DNA from: Mustelus asterias
Lineage: Eukaryota
Assembly: GCF_964213995.1 (NCBI RefSeq)
Contig: NC_135808.1
Coordinates: forward strand, 108,810,001 to 108,874,000
Length of the DNA: 64,000 nt
Direction of reading: 5' to 3'
Shown: positions 47,310 through 61,583 of the stretch, one piece after another
How positions within the stretch are numbered: position 1 is the stretch's first letter
Layout: every line of letters begins with the position of its first letter
Translations under genes and position numbers: made by a program
Notes under the pieces: generated by a model
Seen by the model: only the letters and a program-made list of their open reading frames with translations
What the model was told of the DNA's origin: nothing
Databases searched by the model: none

Positions 47310-47900
47310 AGAGAGAGAGACAGGTCTGTGTCTGTATGTCAAAGAAAGCTGAGTGTATGAATGAGGTTCGTGTGTGTGAGTTAAGTGAGTGAGGGAGATT
47401 CATGTGTGTGAGTGAGGTTTGTGTGTGAGAGAGGTGAATGTTTATGTGTGAGTGTGAGATGAGTGTGTGTGTGAGAGAGAGGTGAGTGTGTGTGAGAGAG
47501 CCAAGTGTGTGTGTGTGAAAGAGAGAGGCGAGTGTGTGTGTGTGTGTGTGTGTGAGAGGTGAGTGTTTATGTGTGAGTGTGAGATGAGTGTGTGTGTTAG
47601 AGATGTGTGTATATGAGTGAGGTGAGTGTGTGTCAGAGAGGTGAGTGTGTGTGTGAGAGTTAGAGGTGAGTGTGTGTGTGAGAGAACGAGAGGTGAGTGT
47701 GTGTGTATGAGAGAGGTGAGTGTGTGTGTCAGAGAGGTGAGTGTGTGTGTGAGAGTTAGAGGTGAGTGTGTGTGTGAGAGAACGAGAGGTGAGTGTGTGT
47801 GTATGAGAGAGGTGAGTGTGTGTGAAAGAGGCTAGTGTGTGTGTGTGTGAGAACGAGAGGTGAGTGTGTGTGCTTCTTTTTGGTTGTGTTCTGTGTGTGC
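47310..47900. repeat. Degenerate (GT)n/(GA)n compound microsatellite with about 95-bp higher-order duplication
   Basis: 47621-47714 is repeated at about 47715-47810. Confidence 0.88.
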
Positions 47901-49009
47901 GTGTACACATCTCTGAAGTGAGAATCCAGCTCTCCCACAGCACTCTCTGTCCTAAATGGATTTGTCAGCAAAAGGTCAGCATCACTCCTCCCATTAAAAA
48001 GAAGTTCAGACTTGGAAATAGTTGTTGAATAAAAGAACTTTTAAATTATAATAAATGTATACATATAAGCAATAGAAAAGACTTTTATAATATTTTTAAT
48101 GTTTGTACCTGTTGCACAATAATCATTTGATGTGATTTAACTATTCAACATGATAAGCATGTTTCTTCGAGGTTCCGTCAGTTCTCTTGAGAGGTCAGAA
48201 GGGTTTTGTGACTGGACAAGTTTGGGAAACTGTGCTAATCCTATCCCAAACAATGTACTTAACAACAGCCATAGAAGAGCACCCTCTACTGCATCGTCTT
48301 AGCACTTTAGCTTCCCACTCATTATGGCATCACTGAATATAATAGATGATCTAATCTGAATCAATGACTAAACTACCTAGCCGCACCTTCTCCTGCTCGA
48401 CAATCCTCTGAGAACTCTGCATTCCTCAGATTCTGGCCTCTTGTCCAACTCCCACTTTACTCACCCAGCCTAAATCGTCAGTTGTCTAGGTCCAAAGTTC
48501 TACAAATTTCCTCCCTATACCTCTCCATCTCTCTCTCTCTCTCCTTCTCCTTTGCCCCTACCTCTTTGACATTAGGTCACCTATTCTAATGTTAGGTCAC
48601 CTATTAATTAATTAGGTCACCTATTCTAATGTTTCCAGTCTGGACTTGCTGTCAAATTTTACCTGAATTCAGCCCAAGATGCACTTGAAGTTGCTATATA
48701 AATGAAGTTATTGCTGTCGTTATGCGCAACTGGTGCTGTGAACTCATATCCACAAGAAGTCTGCACTCCACAGATGTTAACAGATGGAAAGAGAATCAGA
48801 GCTACTTCTGTTCCGAAGAGATAGCTTGCCTTTTCCTGAGTCTTTTTGATAGCTTCCCTTAGACATCAATATGTAAAAATAAACAGTATTAGAAAGTAAT
48901 AATGCTCTGAAACAACTGTTAATAGTTCATTCTTAAAAAATGTTTTCCCAGTTAATTGATCTGTGTCATTTGTATTGTGCCCATATACTATAATTATAAC
49001 ATGTTTGCA

Positions 49010-49130
49010 CTGTTTGAGAGCAGATTTCCACTCCATCTGACGAAGGAGCAGTGCTCCGAAAGCTTATGGTATTTGCTACCAAATAAACCTGTTGGACTTT
49101 AACCTGGTGTTGTGAGACTTCTTACTGTGT
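49010..49130 (+). mobile_element. Single-arm Penelope-like pLTR fragment with hammerhead (49033-49069)
   Basis: CCATCTGACGAAGGAGCAGTGCTCCGAAAGCTTATGG; CCATATACTA repeated at 48981-48990 and 49135-49144. Confidence 0.88.
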
Positions 49131-50544
49131 CTTTCCATATACTACCCCAGCCAATTGTGGCACATTACTGATGCTATGTGTGACCTTAAAGCACATTTCC
49201 ACAGAGTACAAAATAACTGTCCTGACTCACAGGAAAGGCGACCTGTCTCTAGATATAGGTGTACATTGACCCTGCAACCTGTGATTTAGTGCTGATAGTC
49301 CTGTTTACTCAATTTAGGCGGGCCAACAATTCAAAGCTGATTCATAAAACTGCCTTAAGTGACTTGAATTGATGAGCCAGTTTGGGGTGTGTATATGTCT
49401 GGTAATCCATTCCCCTGGCTGACTCTCTTCCAAGTAGCATGTTTTCGGTATGCACAAGGAAGGATGTGGGAAGCAAAGCCGACAGCATGCACCTAAGATC
49501 CCTCCTCTAACCCCAGCACAACTCTTTATATGAAGAATGGTGCATGTGCCCAAAAGCAAGACCAGAACCCTTGAACACAAGGCCATCTACACTCTTTGAG
49601 TGCAAATCACTGTACAGGCTCTAGGGGGTTAAATATGACAAAAACAGCTCTCCCCACACCTGCTTCTGTTCAAACAGCAGCACCTTTTGATTTATTAACT
49701 TGTTTGCCACTGAATGCTATTTACTTGGCAGAATTATTAACCGACCTAGAATTTGGAGTGGAATGTTGCTAAGGTTATGTGTGTTGTATAAACAAAATAC
49801 GTCTAATTCTCCATGTGATTCGGTAAGGTATAAACTAAAGTATAAAGCACTGAAACATTGGCCTTGCTAAATAAGTAGGAACACATCACTTTTGCACAGC
49901 AAGCTTTAACCCTTAATTTACTGAACAATTTGGAAATGTTGTAAATTAAGAATGGGGTGAAATAGGATGGGAAAAGACTTGTGTGGAGCAAAAATAACAG
50001 CATGGACTATTTGGGCCGAATAGCCTATAAAGTGCATTCTATGTAATACTCTTTGATGCCTCCTCTTGTAACATAGACTTTGAGATGAAATCTTTGTCCT
50101 TTTATATTCTAGCAGGTTAGAAAATAAACAGCAGACGTGATTGAGCTGTGATGTAGCTTTGAATCAGAAGACAGAAGTAACTGCTGGAAGAAGCATGGCC
50201 TCACTGACGCAGAGAGAAGAAACAGAAAAGTTAAAGCAGTTGCCAGACCAGGAAACACGAAACATATTTTTCAAACCACCTTATTCCACCAAGACAAGGG
50301 TAAAATAATTGATCCCATGCTCCCAGCAAGCAGCCCTGCTCGGAGGGAGTATGGGTTGGAGAACTTTTCTTGCAAACTACAACCCCATCTCCAACTTTCC
50401 TTAAAGTACTGGAACTTGTTGCCCTTGCTGTTCTTTCCTGGAATTCATGTTTAAATCCCTCCTTAGTTATGAACTTGTTCTCTCTAAATTCACAATTGAC
50501 AGCCTATTTTTTGTAACTGAAGATTTAAGACAAAGACTTCGCAG

Positions 50545-50860
50545 AATCAAAGAATCCGAAAGTGCAGAAGGAGGCCATTCGGCCCATCGAGTCTGCACCG
50601 ACCACAGTCCCACCCAGGCCCGATCCCCATAACCCAATGCATTTACCCTAGCTAGTCCCCCTGACACTAAGTGGCAATTTATCATGGCCAATCCACCTAA
50701 TCCGCACATCTTTGGAGTGTGGGAGAAAACCGGAGCACCCGGAGAAAACCCACGCAGACACGGGGAGAATGTGAAAACTCTACACAGACAGTGACCCAAG
50801 CGGGAATCGAATCCAGGTCCCTGGCGCTGCGAGGCAGCAGTGCGAACCATTGTGCCACCA
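50545..50860 (-). mobile_element. HE1-like SINE, type A
   Basis: Homology to other copies. Confidence 0.85.
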
Positions 50861-52576
50861 TTTTGGAGGTGGATTTGAGACTAGGGGGAGATCAGCCATG
50901 ATCTGATTGAAGGGCTAAATTTGCCTACTTCTGCTCCTATGTTTGTATGCTTTTGGTCACCTGTTCCAGTGCCTTCTTATGTGATTTGGTGTCAAGTTTT
51001 GTTTGATGACGCTGTTATGCATGTTGGGGGTGTGCTATTGCATTGAAGGTGCTATTGCATTGAAGGCTCTATGTGAAGAAAAGTTATTGCTTTTGTTCTT
51101 GTAAAGGAAATGCGACACTCAATTTATACACAGCACAATCCCACAGACAGCACTATGGAAATGACCAGCTGATCTCTTTTTAAGGTATTGGTGTAAGGGA
51201 TAAAGATTATCCAGGACACTGGGATGAAATTCCCCATTCAATTTAGGTATAGCACCATGACATGACCCACCCGAGCGAGCAGACAGGGGTTCAGTTTAAT
51301 GTCATATCTGGAAGACAGTACCTCCCAACAAAACTAAAATTTCAGGCAAGATTTTGTGCTCAGGTTCCTGGAGTAGGGCCTTGAACTTCACACCCTTAAG
51401 GCTCGGATGTTTTTGAGCTCCCTAAGGGGCTACCACTGAACAAAAGCTGATGTATTCTGGTTGTGGAAGTGTGCAGCTCTCAACCCACCCAAACAAGCCA
51501 GCAATGTTGACTTTTTCTAAAAATATGTTTATTGAAAATGTTCTTATATCTTACACTGCAAACAAACACAGATACAGATCCACACAGTGCTTGCGTGTAC
51601 CTTCCAACACGACTGGGAACAGGGCTCCCCATGGCCAGGGGACAAGCCCATGATACCCCCGGCACCCAACCGCCCAAGTCCTGTCTAATTGCACCAGTAA
51701 TGACAGTAATAATATAAAAAACAAAGAGGCAGAGGAACGACGCTGGAGATCCAACTGAGCGTCCAGACAGCCCAGGCTATAAACTAGCGAACGGAGAAAA
51801 GAAAGAGAGACAGCGAAGAAGAGAGAAGAAAGAGAGTGAGAGGGAAAAAAGAAAAGTTCTCGTGTTGGTCCCCACACCTCGGCAGGGTGGGCGGGTGTAC
51901 GCAGATAAAGGGCCAGGGTGCATCTACTCTCCCTGCAGCGTCCCAACATACACTATAAGCAATGTTGGCTTTTAACATGTTGGATTTTGGAAACATCCCA
52001 GAGGATCAAACAAGGTCCAGGTCGCAATGATGCAGGTTGGAAATGCAATTTGTCAATAATGACAGAGACACAAATCCTGCAACAGCAGATCCAGTGACGT
52101 TACTAGATCACCAATGGGATGAATTCAGCACAGAACTCTCTATTACAGAACCACCCTCGTCAGAACAATTGCAATACAAAGCACAGCCCACCCAAACAGT
52201 GGGAGATTTATTTGTGCAATTTGATTGTACTTACACAGTCACAATTAATCTATTCAAGTGCAGCCATAGAACTGGAACAGATTTTACTTCTTAACTTTTG
52301 TCTGAAGAAACAAGAGTTCCATTTGAGGCAAAATAAAACCTCAGCCAAACTCTTCCTTTGACTTTCATTGCTGTGTCAACACTGATGACTCAGCAGCACC
52401 ATTCAACAACAACATTCCTTTATTCTTCTTAATATGGTCAGATGTCTCAGGCACTGTATGAGAGTGTTCTTAAACAAAATCTGACACTGAGTCAAACAAA
52501 GGAATTCCAGAACAGGTGCCAAAAATACTTGGTCATAGTGATAGGACTTAGAAATTGTCCAAAAGAGAAGAGAGAT

Positions 52577-52780
52577 GTAGTCCAAAGATGTGTGGGTTAG
52601 GTTGATTGGCCATGCTAAAATTGCCCCTTAGTGTCCTGGGATGCGTAGATTAGAGGGATTAGCGGGTAAAATATGTAGGGATATGGGGGTAGGGCCTGGG
52701 TGGGATTGTGGTCGGGGCAGACTCGATGGGCCGAATGGCCTCTTTCTGTACTGTAGGGTTTCTATGATTTCTATGATCTA
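52577..52780 (+). mobile_element. 5'-truncated HE1-like SINE, type A
   Basis: 3' half only. Confidence 0.85.
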
Positions 52781-53016
52781 TGAACAGTGAAGGATTTTAG
52801 GGAGGGAATTCCAGAGCTTAGGGTCTAGGTAGCTGAGCACTATCAATAATGACAGAGTGATGAAAATTGGGGATGGGCAAGAAATCAGGATAGGAGTGCA
52901 GAGGCGTCTAAGGGTTGCATGGTTCGAAGAGGTTACAGATAAGGAAGAACAAAGTTGGGCCAGGATCCAAATTTAGCGAATACAAGTGTGCTGGGACTTA
53001 TGCAAGTTAAGGAAGT

Positions 53017-53320
53017 GGGCGGCACGGTAGCAAAGTGGTTAGCACTGCTGCCTCACGGCTCCAGGGACCTGGGTTCGATTCCCAGCTTGGGTCACTGTCT
53101 GTGTGGAGTTTGCATGTTCTCCCCGTGTCTGTGTGGATTTCCTCCGGGTGCTCCAGTTTCCTCCCACAGTCCGAAAGACATGCTGGTTAGGTGTATTGGC
53201 TGTGCTAAATTCTCCCTCAGTGCACCCGATCAGGTGCCAGAGTGTGGCGAATAGGGGATTTTCACAGTAACTTCATTGCAGTGTTAATATAAGCCTACTT
53301 GTGACACTAATAAATAAACT
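53017..53320 (+). mobile_element. HE1/V-SINE-like SINE, type B
   Basis: Full head, body and type B tail. Confidence 0.87.
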
Positions 53321-53361
53321 ATAGAATGGGCAGCAAAGTTTCGGGTGAATGGTATCAACTT

Positions 53362-53785
53362 TGACTCAGTGGTAGGACTCTCACCTTTAAGTCAGACGAA
53401 TGTGAGTCAAACCCCACTCCAGAGACTTGAGCACATCAGCTAGGCTGATACATCAATGCAACACTGAGGGAATGCTACACATTCAGAGGTAGTTTTTCAG
53501 ATAAGATGTTAATTCAAGGCCAAGTCTTAAGTGGCACTATTGAGAATAGATTAGCTCTCCCAGTGTCTTAGACAACAGCTATCCCTTAAATAACATCACC
53601 AAGATAACAGATATCTGGTCATTATCTCTTTGTTGTTTGTGGGATCCTGCTGTGCATTAATTGGCAGCCAAGTTTTCCCTACATTACAACAGTTGACTAC
53701 ACCTCTAAAGCGTGTTATTAACTGTAATGTGTTTTGGGACATCCAGAAATCATGAAAAGTGCTGAATAAATACAAGACTTTCCTT
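53362..53785 (+). mobile_element. Ancient Deu-domain-like SINE
   Basis: GACTCAGTGGTAG head, CCCACTCCAGAGACTTGAGCAC...AGGCTGA core, L2-like tail. Confidence 0.55.
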
Positions 53786-53977
53786 CTGTGGGAATGAACC
53801 AAATTTAACAGTGGTGGAGGATTGTGGGACAGGAGCCAACAATGACTATTTGGAAACAATATTTGGTATTCCTTCAAAATAATAATCGGGGCTGAAGCAG
53901 CGTAAGATTATGTTCTGATACACTTATGGCATTGATAGTTTTCACGCCGGCAACTAATTTATAAATCTATAAATCTA

Positions 53978-55130
53978 TTGCGTTCGATAAGGTCCCCCAT
54001 GCAAGGCTTCTGGAAAAAATGAGAGGGCATGGGATCCAAGGGGCTGCTGCCCGATGGATCCAGAACTGGCTTGCCCAAAGGAGGCAGAGAGTGGGTATAG
54101 ATGGGTCTTTTTCTAAATGGAGGTCGGTCACCAGTGGTGTGCCCCAGGGATCTGTTCTGGGACCCTTGCTGTTTGTCATTTTCATAAATGACCTGGATGA
54201 GGAAGCAGAGGGATGGGTTGGTAAGTTTGCCGACGACACGAAGGTTGGTGGGGTTGTGGATAGTCTGGAGGGATGTTAGAAGTTACAGAGGGACATAGGT
54301 AGGATGCAAGACTGGGCGGACAAGTGGCAGATGGACTTCAGCCCAGATAAATGCGTCGTGGTCCATTTTGGTAGGTCAAATGGGATGAAGGAGTACAATA
54401 TAAAGGGAAAGACTCTTAGTACTGTCGAGGATCAGAAGGACCTTGGGGTCCGGGTCCATAGGACTCTGAAATCGGCCCCGCAGGTGGAGGAGGTGGTTAA
54501 GAAGGCATATGGTGTGCTGGCCTTTATCAATCGAGGGATTGAGTTTAGGAGTCCAGGGATAATGATGCAGCTATATAAGACCCTCGTCAGACCCCACTTG
54601 GAGTACTGTGCTCAGTTCTGGTCGCCTCACTATAGGAAGGATGTGGAAAAGATTGAAAGGGTGCAGAGGAGATTTACAAGGATGTTGCCTGGATTGAGTG
54701 GCATGCCTTATGAGGATAGGCTGAGGGAGCTCGGTCTTTTCTCCTTGGAGAGATGTAGGATGAGAGGAGACCTAATAGAGGTGTATAAGATGTTGAGAGG
54801 CATAGATCGGGTGGACTCTCAGAGGCTTTTTCCCAGGGTGGAAATGTCTGCTACGAGAGGACACAGGTTTAAGGTGCTGGGGGGTAGGTACAGGGGAGAT
54901 GTTAGGGGGAAGTTTTTCACACAGAGGGTGGTGGGCGAGTGGAGTCGGCTGCCGTCAGTGGTGGTGGAGGCGAACTCAATAGGGTCTTTTTAGAGACTCC
55001 TGGATGAGTACATGGAGCTGAATAGGATGGAGGGTTATAGGTAGGTCTAGAAGGTAGGGATGTGTTCGGCACAACTTGTGGGGCTGAAGGGCCTGTTTGT
55101 GCTGTAGTTTTTCTATGTTCTATGTTTCTA
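53978..55130 (+). mobile_element. CR1 LINE 3' fragment
   Basis: ORFs 54019-54279 and 54304-54993 separated by one stop; (TTCTATG)n tail. Confidence 0.95.
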
Positions 55131-55845
55131 TAAACAGGAACATTACAGAGCTTAAGTGACCTTGAGACATCACAAGTAGACTGGAGTATTAAGCTTGGTG
55201 CTGTAAACTGTTTAGGGAAAAACAGTTCTATGTATGCAGAGTAAACCTGTTGCCTGTCCAACAGGTCGATGTGATGTGTCCAGTGTGTGGTTGAAGAAAG
55301 TTAGTGTGCTTTCTGCTATTGCGTGCTAGTTTGCTTCTCATTTTCAGCTTATAATGCAAAATAAAGAACAAAATGTGTTAAGTCTCTCCCTGCCAATACA
55401 CAGCCAATACATGGAAACTGGGTCCCTCTGGCCCCAGGCTAAATCTTCCGATGAACTCTGAGGATGCTAGGTCCCCAGACATGCACCATGCAGACCCACT
55501 AGCATGTGAACACGCCTTGCATTGAACTAAACTCCCAGCTATGGGTGAATAGCTCACTGCCTTGTGGATACCTCAGGAGAGTTGAAAGCTAAGGGAGGAA
55601 ACACTGCCAAAAAATCTGGAATTAGAGATCAAAGGCAGACTGATGTCTAAATATTCAACTTTCTGGCAACTCCTGCAACCAAACTGATGCCAAAAGTAGT
55701 GCTATTTGCATTTGAACTCAATTGAGAAGAGAACCCTGACAGGAAAAGCAAGGGTCCCAATACCGACTATTGGGGAACATCACTACAAACCTCCCCCAGC
55801 CCGACAAATATCCATTCAAATTACTCTCTGCTTCCTATTATTCAG

Positions 55846-55987
55846 TAAGAATTTTAACAACACCAGGTTAAGGTCCAACAGGTTTATTTGGTAGCAAAAG
55901 CCACACCAAATAAACCTGTTGGACTTTAACCTGGTGTTGTTAAACTTCTTACTGTGTTTACCCCAGTCCAACGCCGGCATCTCCACA
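55846..55987. mobile_element. 142-bp palindromic Penelope-like insertion (no hammerhead core)
   Basis: About 50-bp inverted arms plus tail; TSD TCCTATTATTCAG 55833-55845 / 55988-56000. Confidence 0.9.
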
Positions 55988-56009
55988 TCCTATTATTCAG
56001 CCAATTTTG

Positions 56010-59000
56010 TTTTCATGTTGCTACTGTCCCTTTTATTCCATAAGCTATAACTTTTCTCACAAGTCTGTTGTGTGACACAACATCGTATGCCTTTTGAAAG
56101 ACCATGTACACTACATCAACAGCATTACCTTCATTGACCCTTTCTGTTACCTCCTCAAAAGACTCCAGCAAGTTAGTTAAGCACAATATCCCCTTTAGAA
56201 ATCCATGCTGGCTCTTCCTAATCAACCCACATTTTTCCATATGACTACTAATTCAATCCTGAATAATTGTTTCTGGAAGATTGCCCACTACTGCTGTTAA
56301 ACTGACTGGTCTGTAATTGGTGGGGCTATCCTCACAACCTTTTTTTGAACAAGGGCATAACATTTACAATTCTCCAGTCTTCTGGCACATCCCCTGAGTC
56401 TCAGGAAGACTGAAAGATTATGGCCAGTGCCCCTGCATAAAACAAAGAACAAAGAACAAAGAAAGGTACAGCACAGGAACAGGCCCTTCGGCCCTCCAAG
56501 CCTGTGCCAATCATGATGCCCGAATTAAAGGGCGGCACAGTGGTACAGTGGTTAGCACTGCTGTCTCATAGTGCCAGGGACCCAGGTTCGATTCCCGGCT
56601 TGGGTCACTGTCTGTGTGGAGTTTGCACATTCTCCCCGTGTCTGCGTGTGTTTCCTCCAGGTGCTCCGGTTTCCTCCCATAGGAATGATGTGCGAGTTAG
56701 GTGGACTGGCCATGCTAAATTGTCCATTAGTGTCAGGGAGATTATCAGGGTCAATATATGGGGTTACAGGGATAGGGCCCGGATGGGATCATTGTTGGTG
56801 CAGACTCAATGGGCCGAATGACCTCCTTCTGCACTGTAGAAGTTCTATGATTCCATGATTCTAAAGTACAAAAAAAAACCTTCAGCCTTTATTTGATCTG
56901 TATCGCTCTACTCCCTCCCTATTTATGTACCCATCCGGATGCCACTTAAATGTTGCTAATGTGCCTGCTTCCACTACCTCCTCTGGCAGCGTGTTCCAGG
57001 CACCCACCCCTCTCTGTGTGAAAATCGTATCCCGCACATCTCTCTTATGCATCCTTGGATTTCATCTGATCCTGGTGCCTTGTCAACATTAAGAACCAAC
57101 AGTCTATTTAACACTTCCTCCTTATCAAGTTTGAACCCTTCTAAGAACAGAGAGTTTCCTTATCTTTCAACATGTCCTGGATAGCATCTGCCTCATGAGT
57201 AAAGACAGATGCAAAGTATTAATATAGTACCTCCGCAATGCTCCTTGCGTCCAAGTGTAAATTCCCATTTAGGTCTCTAATCGGCCGTACTCCTCCTTTT
57301 ACCACACTTCGACTATTTATATGCCGACAGAAGATTTCGGGATTCTCCTTTATGTTGGCTGCCAGTCTTTCCCCATAATCCCTCTTCGCTTCTCCAATGT
57401 GCTTTTTCGTCTCCCCTCTGAACCTTCTGTACTCTCTTGGTTCTCAATTGTATTTTCTACCTGGTATCACTTTTTCTTACTTAATCTATATCTCATTTTT
57501 CATCCTGGGAGCTCTGGATTGGTGTGTCCCGCCTTTCCCTTTTAAGGGAATATATCTTGACTATGTCCAGACCATTTCTTTTTTGAAGGTAGCCCATTGT
57601 TTAGCAACAGATTTTCCTGCCAACCTTTCATTCCAATCTAACTGGCTCAGCTCCATTATTGCTCCTTGAATTCAGCTCTCCCCCAGTTAATTATTCTTAG
57701 TCTGATTGCCTGACATCATCCTAAACCTTAGGATACAATGATCACTGTCTCCTAAATGTGCTCCCGTTGACACTTGATCTACTTGGCACACCTCATTTCC
57801 AAGAATCAGGTCCAACAGTTCATCTTTTCTTGTTGGACTGGACACGTAATGCTGCAGAAAATCTTCCTGAACACCATTTAGGAACATCTGCCCCTCTCCA
57901 TCATTTACACTAGAACCATAGAATCACAGAATCCCTACAGTGCAGAAGGAGGCCATTCGGCCCATCGAGTCTGCATCGACCACAATCCCACCCAGGCCCT
58001 ATTCCCATAACCCCATGTATTTACCCCTAGTTAATCTCCCTGACACTAAGGGGCAATTTAGCATGGCCAATCCACCAGACACAGGGAGAATGTGCAAACT
58101 CCACACAGACAGTGATCCAAACTGGGAATCGAACCCGGGTCCCTGGCACTGTGAGGCAGCAGTGCTAACCATTGTGCCACCGTGCTTCCCCACCATTACT
58201 ACCACTGTCCCTGTCTAAATTGATTTTGTTCCTTAGCTCAAGCCAAATTAGGTCTGCTTTTGAATTCTTTGGGACACCCTCTTTCTCCAGCACTGCAATG
58301 CTTTCCCTAACCAACACTGTCACTCCTCCTCCTTTCCTTCCTTTCCTATCTTCTCTGAACACCTTGCACCCAGGAATATTTAACACCCAGTCCTGCCCTT
58401 CATTGAGCCAGGTTTCTGTTATTGCAGCAACATCATATTTCTACAATGCAATCTGCCCCTGTCGCTCCCCAATCTTAGTTCCAATATTTTGTGCATTCAC
58501 ATACATGAGCAGTAACCCTGACTTAGAATTCATTACTTTTTCCCTTACTTGAATTCACATGTTAACTTACCATTCTCTAAACTAGTGCTTTCTGTCTCTC
58601 CCAGTACATTGTGCACCTGGTATTTCTCTCTAATATTTTCTCTTGGTTCCCACACTCCTACCATGTTAAGTTAAAGCCTTCCCGACAACAGCAGCAAATT
58701 GTCCCGTAAGGAACTCAATCCCAGCTCGATTCAGGTGCAACCCATCCACCTTGTACAGGTGCCATTTCTCCCGTAACCAGCCCCGGTATCCCAGGAATCT
58801 AAAGCCCTCCTTCTTGCACCATCTTTCCAGCCACGCATTTATCTGCGCTGTCCTCAGATTTATGTACTCACTTGCATGTGACACAGTAATCTCAAGATTA
58901 CTACGTTTGTGGTCCTGCCTGCTAATTTTCAACCTAGTTCCATAAATTCTGATTGTAGAATCTCATCCCCTCTTCCTACTTAAGTCATTGGTACCAATGT

Positions 59001-59480
59001 GGACCACAACGTCTGGCTGCTTTTTAAAGTTTTAAAGTTTATTTATTAGTGGCACAAGTAGGCTTACATTAACACTACAATGAAGTTACTGTGAAAATCT
59101 CCTAGCTGCCACACTCTGGTGCCTGTTCGGGTATACTGAGGGGGAATTCAGCACAGCCAATGCACCTAACCACCACATTTTTCGGACTGTGGCAGGAAAC
59201 CAGAGCACCCAGAGGAAACCCATGCGGACACAGGGAGAACGCGCAGACAGATAGTGACCCAAGCCGGGAATCGGACCCGGCCCCTGGCGCTGTGAGGCAG
59301 CAGTGCCAACCACTGTGCCATCGTACCACCCTCACCCTCCCAGGGGACTGTTCCCCTCTCCCAGAAAAATGTCCTGCAGCCGCTCTGTGACATCCTTGAC
59401 CCTGGCACCAGGGAGGCAACATACCACATCCACAAACACAGAAACATCTGTCTGTTCCCCTAATTAATGAATCACCATTG
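56010..59480 (-). mobile_element. Old, long CR1 relic (ORF1 SGNH esterase, APE endonuclease, RT N-terminus) with nested SINEs (56529-56862, 57915-58183, 59025-59325) and a CR1 tail (56441-57050)
   Basis: INAWLERWCKKEGFRF...DGLHLN (esterase); LNIPGCKVFREDR...GGGV and PTRKDELLDLILGN...LGDSDH (APE); SQHGF...CLTNLL (RT). Confidence 0.8.
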
Positions 59481-60010
59481 GTCTTCTCGTCCTCTCCTTT
59501 TCATTCCGCTTTCTCACGAGATTAATAAAAAAACTAGGAGAAAGTAACTAGTGCAAGATACAAGATGTGTAGTTTAATGCTCAATATGCTTTGCAACACA
59601 AAAGGTGAATGTTTTCAGTCACATGTGTGGAAGGAATTTCAAAACAATTGTTTATCAAGGGGGATGATGATTATATCACACCCAGTAAAACAGGGAATAG
59701 TAGATCATATTTCATTTTTAGCTGCCAGTATCAGCATTAAACTGCCGGAATGAATATAGCATAGATAAGACAGAGACAAAAAAATCTGCTGGTATGTGAA
59801 GAGTTGTGGCAGCTATTTGTGTGCATGCAATCCTGCAGGTCACCAATGGTCTAGCGGAAACGAGGAACTTAGGGTTTTAAAAAATTTGTTCATGGGATGT
59901 GGTTGTTGTTGGCGATGCCCATCCGTAGTTGCCCTGAACCACGACAGTTATGTGGTGTAGGTATACCCACGCTGCTGCGAGGAAGGAGGTTTAAAGTTTT
60001 AGTAAACATA

Positions 60011-60315
60011 GGGTGGCACAGTGGTTAGCACTGCTGCCTCACAGCGCCAGGGACCAGGGTTCTAATTCGGCCTCGTGTGACTGTGGAGTTTGCACGTTCT
60101 CCCTGTATCTATGTGGGTTTCCTTCGGGTGCTCCAGTTTCCTCCCACAGTCCAAAGATGTGCAGGTTAGGTGAATTGGCCATGCTAAATTGCCCCTTAGT
60201 GTTAGGGGGACTAGCTAGGGTAAATGGGGTTACGGGGATAGGACCTGGGTGGGATTGTTGTCGGTGCAGGCTCGATGAGCCAAATCCCTACACTGTAGGG
60301 ATTCTATAATTCTAT
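60011..60315 (+). mobile_element. HE1-like SINE, type A
   Basis: Homology to other copies. Confidence 0.82.
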
Positions 60316-61289
60316 AAATAGTGCTGAAGAAATTAATGGAGTAAAGTTGCTAAGTCCCCAGACCCGATGACTTTTGTCCTGGGTTTTAAAAGTGGCAACC
60401 ATGAGAGATAATGGGTTCTTTGGTTTCAAATTTTCAGAATTCCTTGGATTCTATAACAGATTCCATAGACAGAATTATACGGGTGGTGGGGTTCCTGCCC
60501 CGCCACCCAAGGAGTCTGTGGGTAATGCATCCCAGCCAAGCTGGGTGCCCCACTTCAGGGAATTGCCACACACGTCTCAGCAGCGCCACCGGGAGTGCTG
60601 GTTACTGTTGGGACTACAAGCTGTCCCTGGATTCTGTGCCCTCTGGAACGAGGTTAGGTGCAGGTCAAGAAGGTCTCACAGCAGGGATGAAGGAAAGACC
60701 TGCAGGGTGGGGGGAAATGGCGCAGTAAAGGTGTTTAGTGTCCTGGTGGAAAGGCCCTGGGGGAAGAAGTATTTGGGGGATGATGGGGCCAGAGGCACCT
60801 GTGGTTGGTGGGAGATCTTGGGGGCACCTGGTGTGAAAAGGGTGCCAGTGAGAGTGGCATACCCCCTGCCCTTCTGACCTGAGACGGGTGACCTTGTGGG
60901 CTTCCACTACCTACCCATGATCACCTCCTGCCAACCTCAAAAGTGAGGCCGGGCGGGCAAGGGACATGTGTGATACAAGAAATGGTACAGCGAGCAGAAT
61001 GAGGGAAGGTCTGGTATCACTGCTGGAGTTAGTTTAAAATGTCAACTAATATTGACATATCAGGGCCAGTATAAAACCAATCTCTGCAGTTGCTCTCGTG
61101 TACACGAGCACTGGTTTAGTGATTGTGACTTGAGTAGATTACGTTACACTTCAGCGGTTAAAGCAAATACAACCCTCAGTGTAAGGATTAGCCATGAGAT
61201 AATTGAATGCTCATTGTATACAATGGGCCTTTTATTCTAACCCACTGACTGACAAACTGGGAAAAATTACTTTTTATTCATTTGTTTTT

Positions 61290-61583
61290 TATTTATTATT
61301 AGTGTCACAAGTAGGTTTACATTAACACTGCAATGAAGTTACTGTGAAAATCCCCTAGTTGCCACACTCCGGCCTGTTCAGGTACACTGAGGGAGAATTT
61401 AGCATGGCCAACGCACCTAATCAACACGTCTTTCAGACTGTGGGAGGAAACCGGAGCACCCGGAGGAAACCCACACAGGCATGGGAAGAATGTGCAGACT
61501 CCACACAGACAGGGACCCAAGCCAGGAATTGAACTCAGATTCCTGGCACTGTGAGGCAGCAGTGCTAACCACTGTGCCACCGT
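61290..61583 (-). mobile_element. HE1/V-SINE-like SINE, type B
   Basis: Full head, body and type B tail. Confidence 0.85.

Noticed and set aside
47261-47310. Additional hammerhead (GGAGCTGCTCTGAAAGCTTGTG...)
   Set aside because: Degraded remnant of a related pLTR end with the CTGANGA core missing.
46126-47971. Long His/Thr/Leu/Ser-rich ORFs
   Set aside because: They are translations of (CA)/(CT) microsatellite that lacks stop codons.
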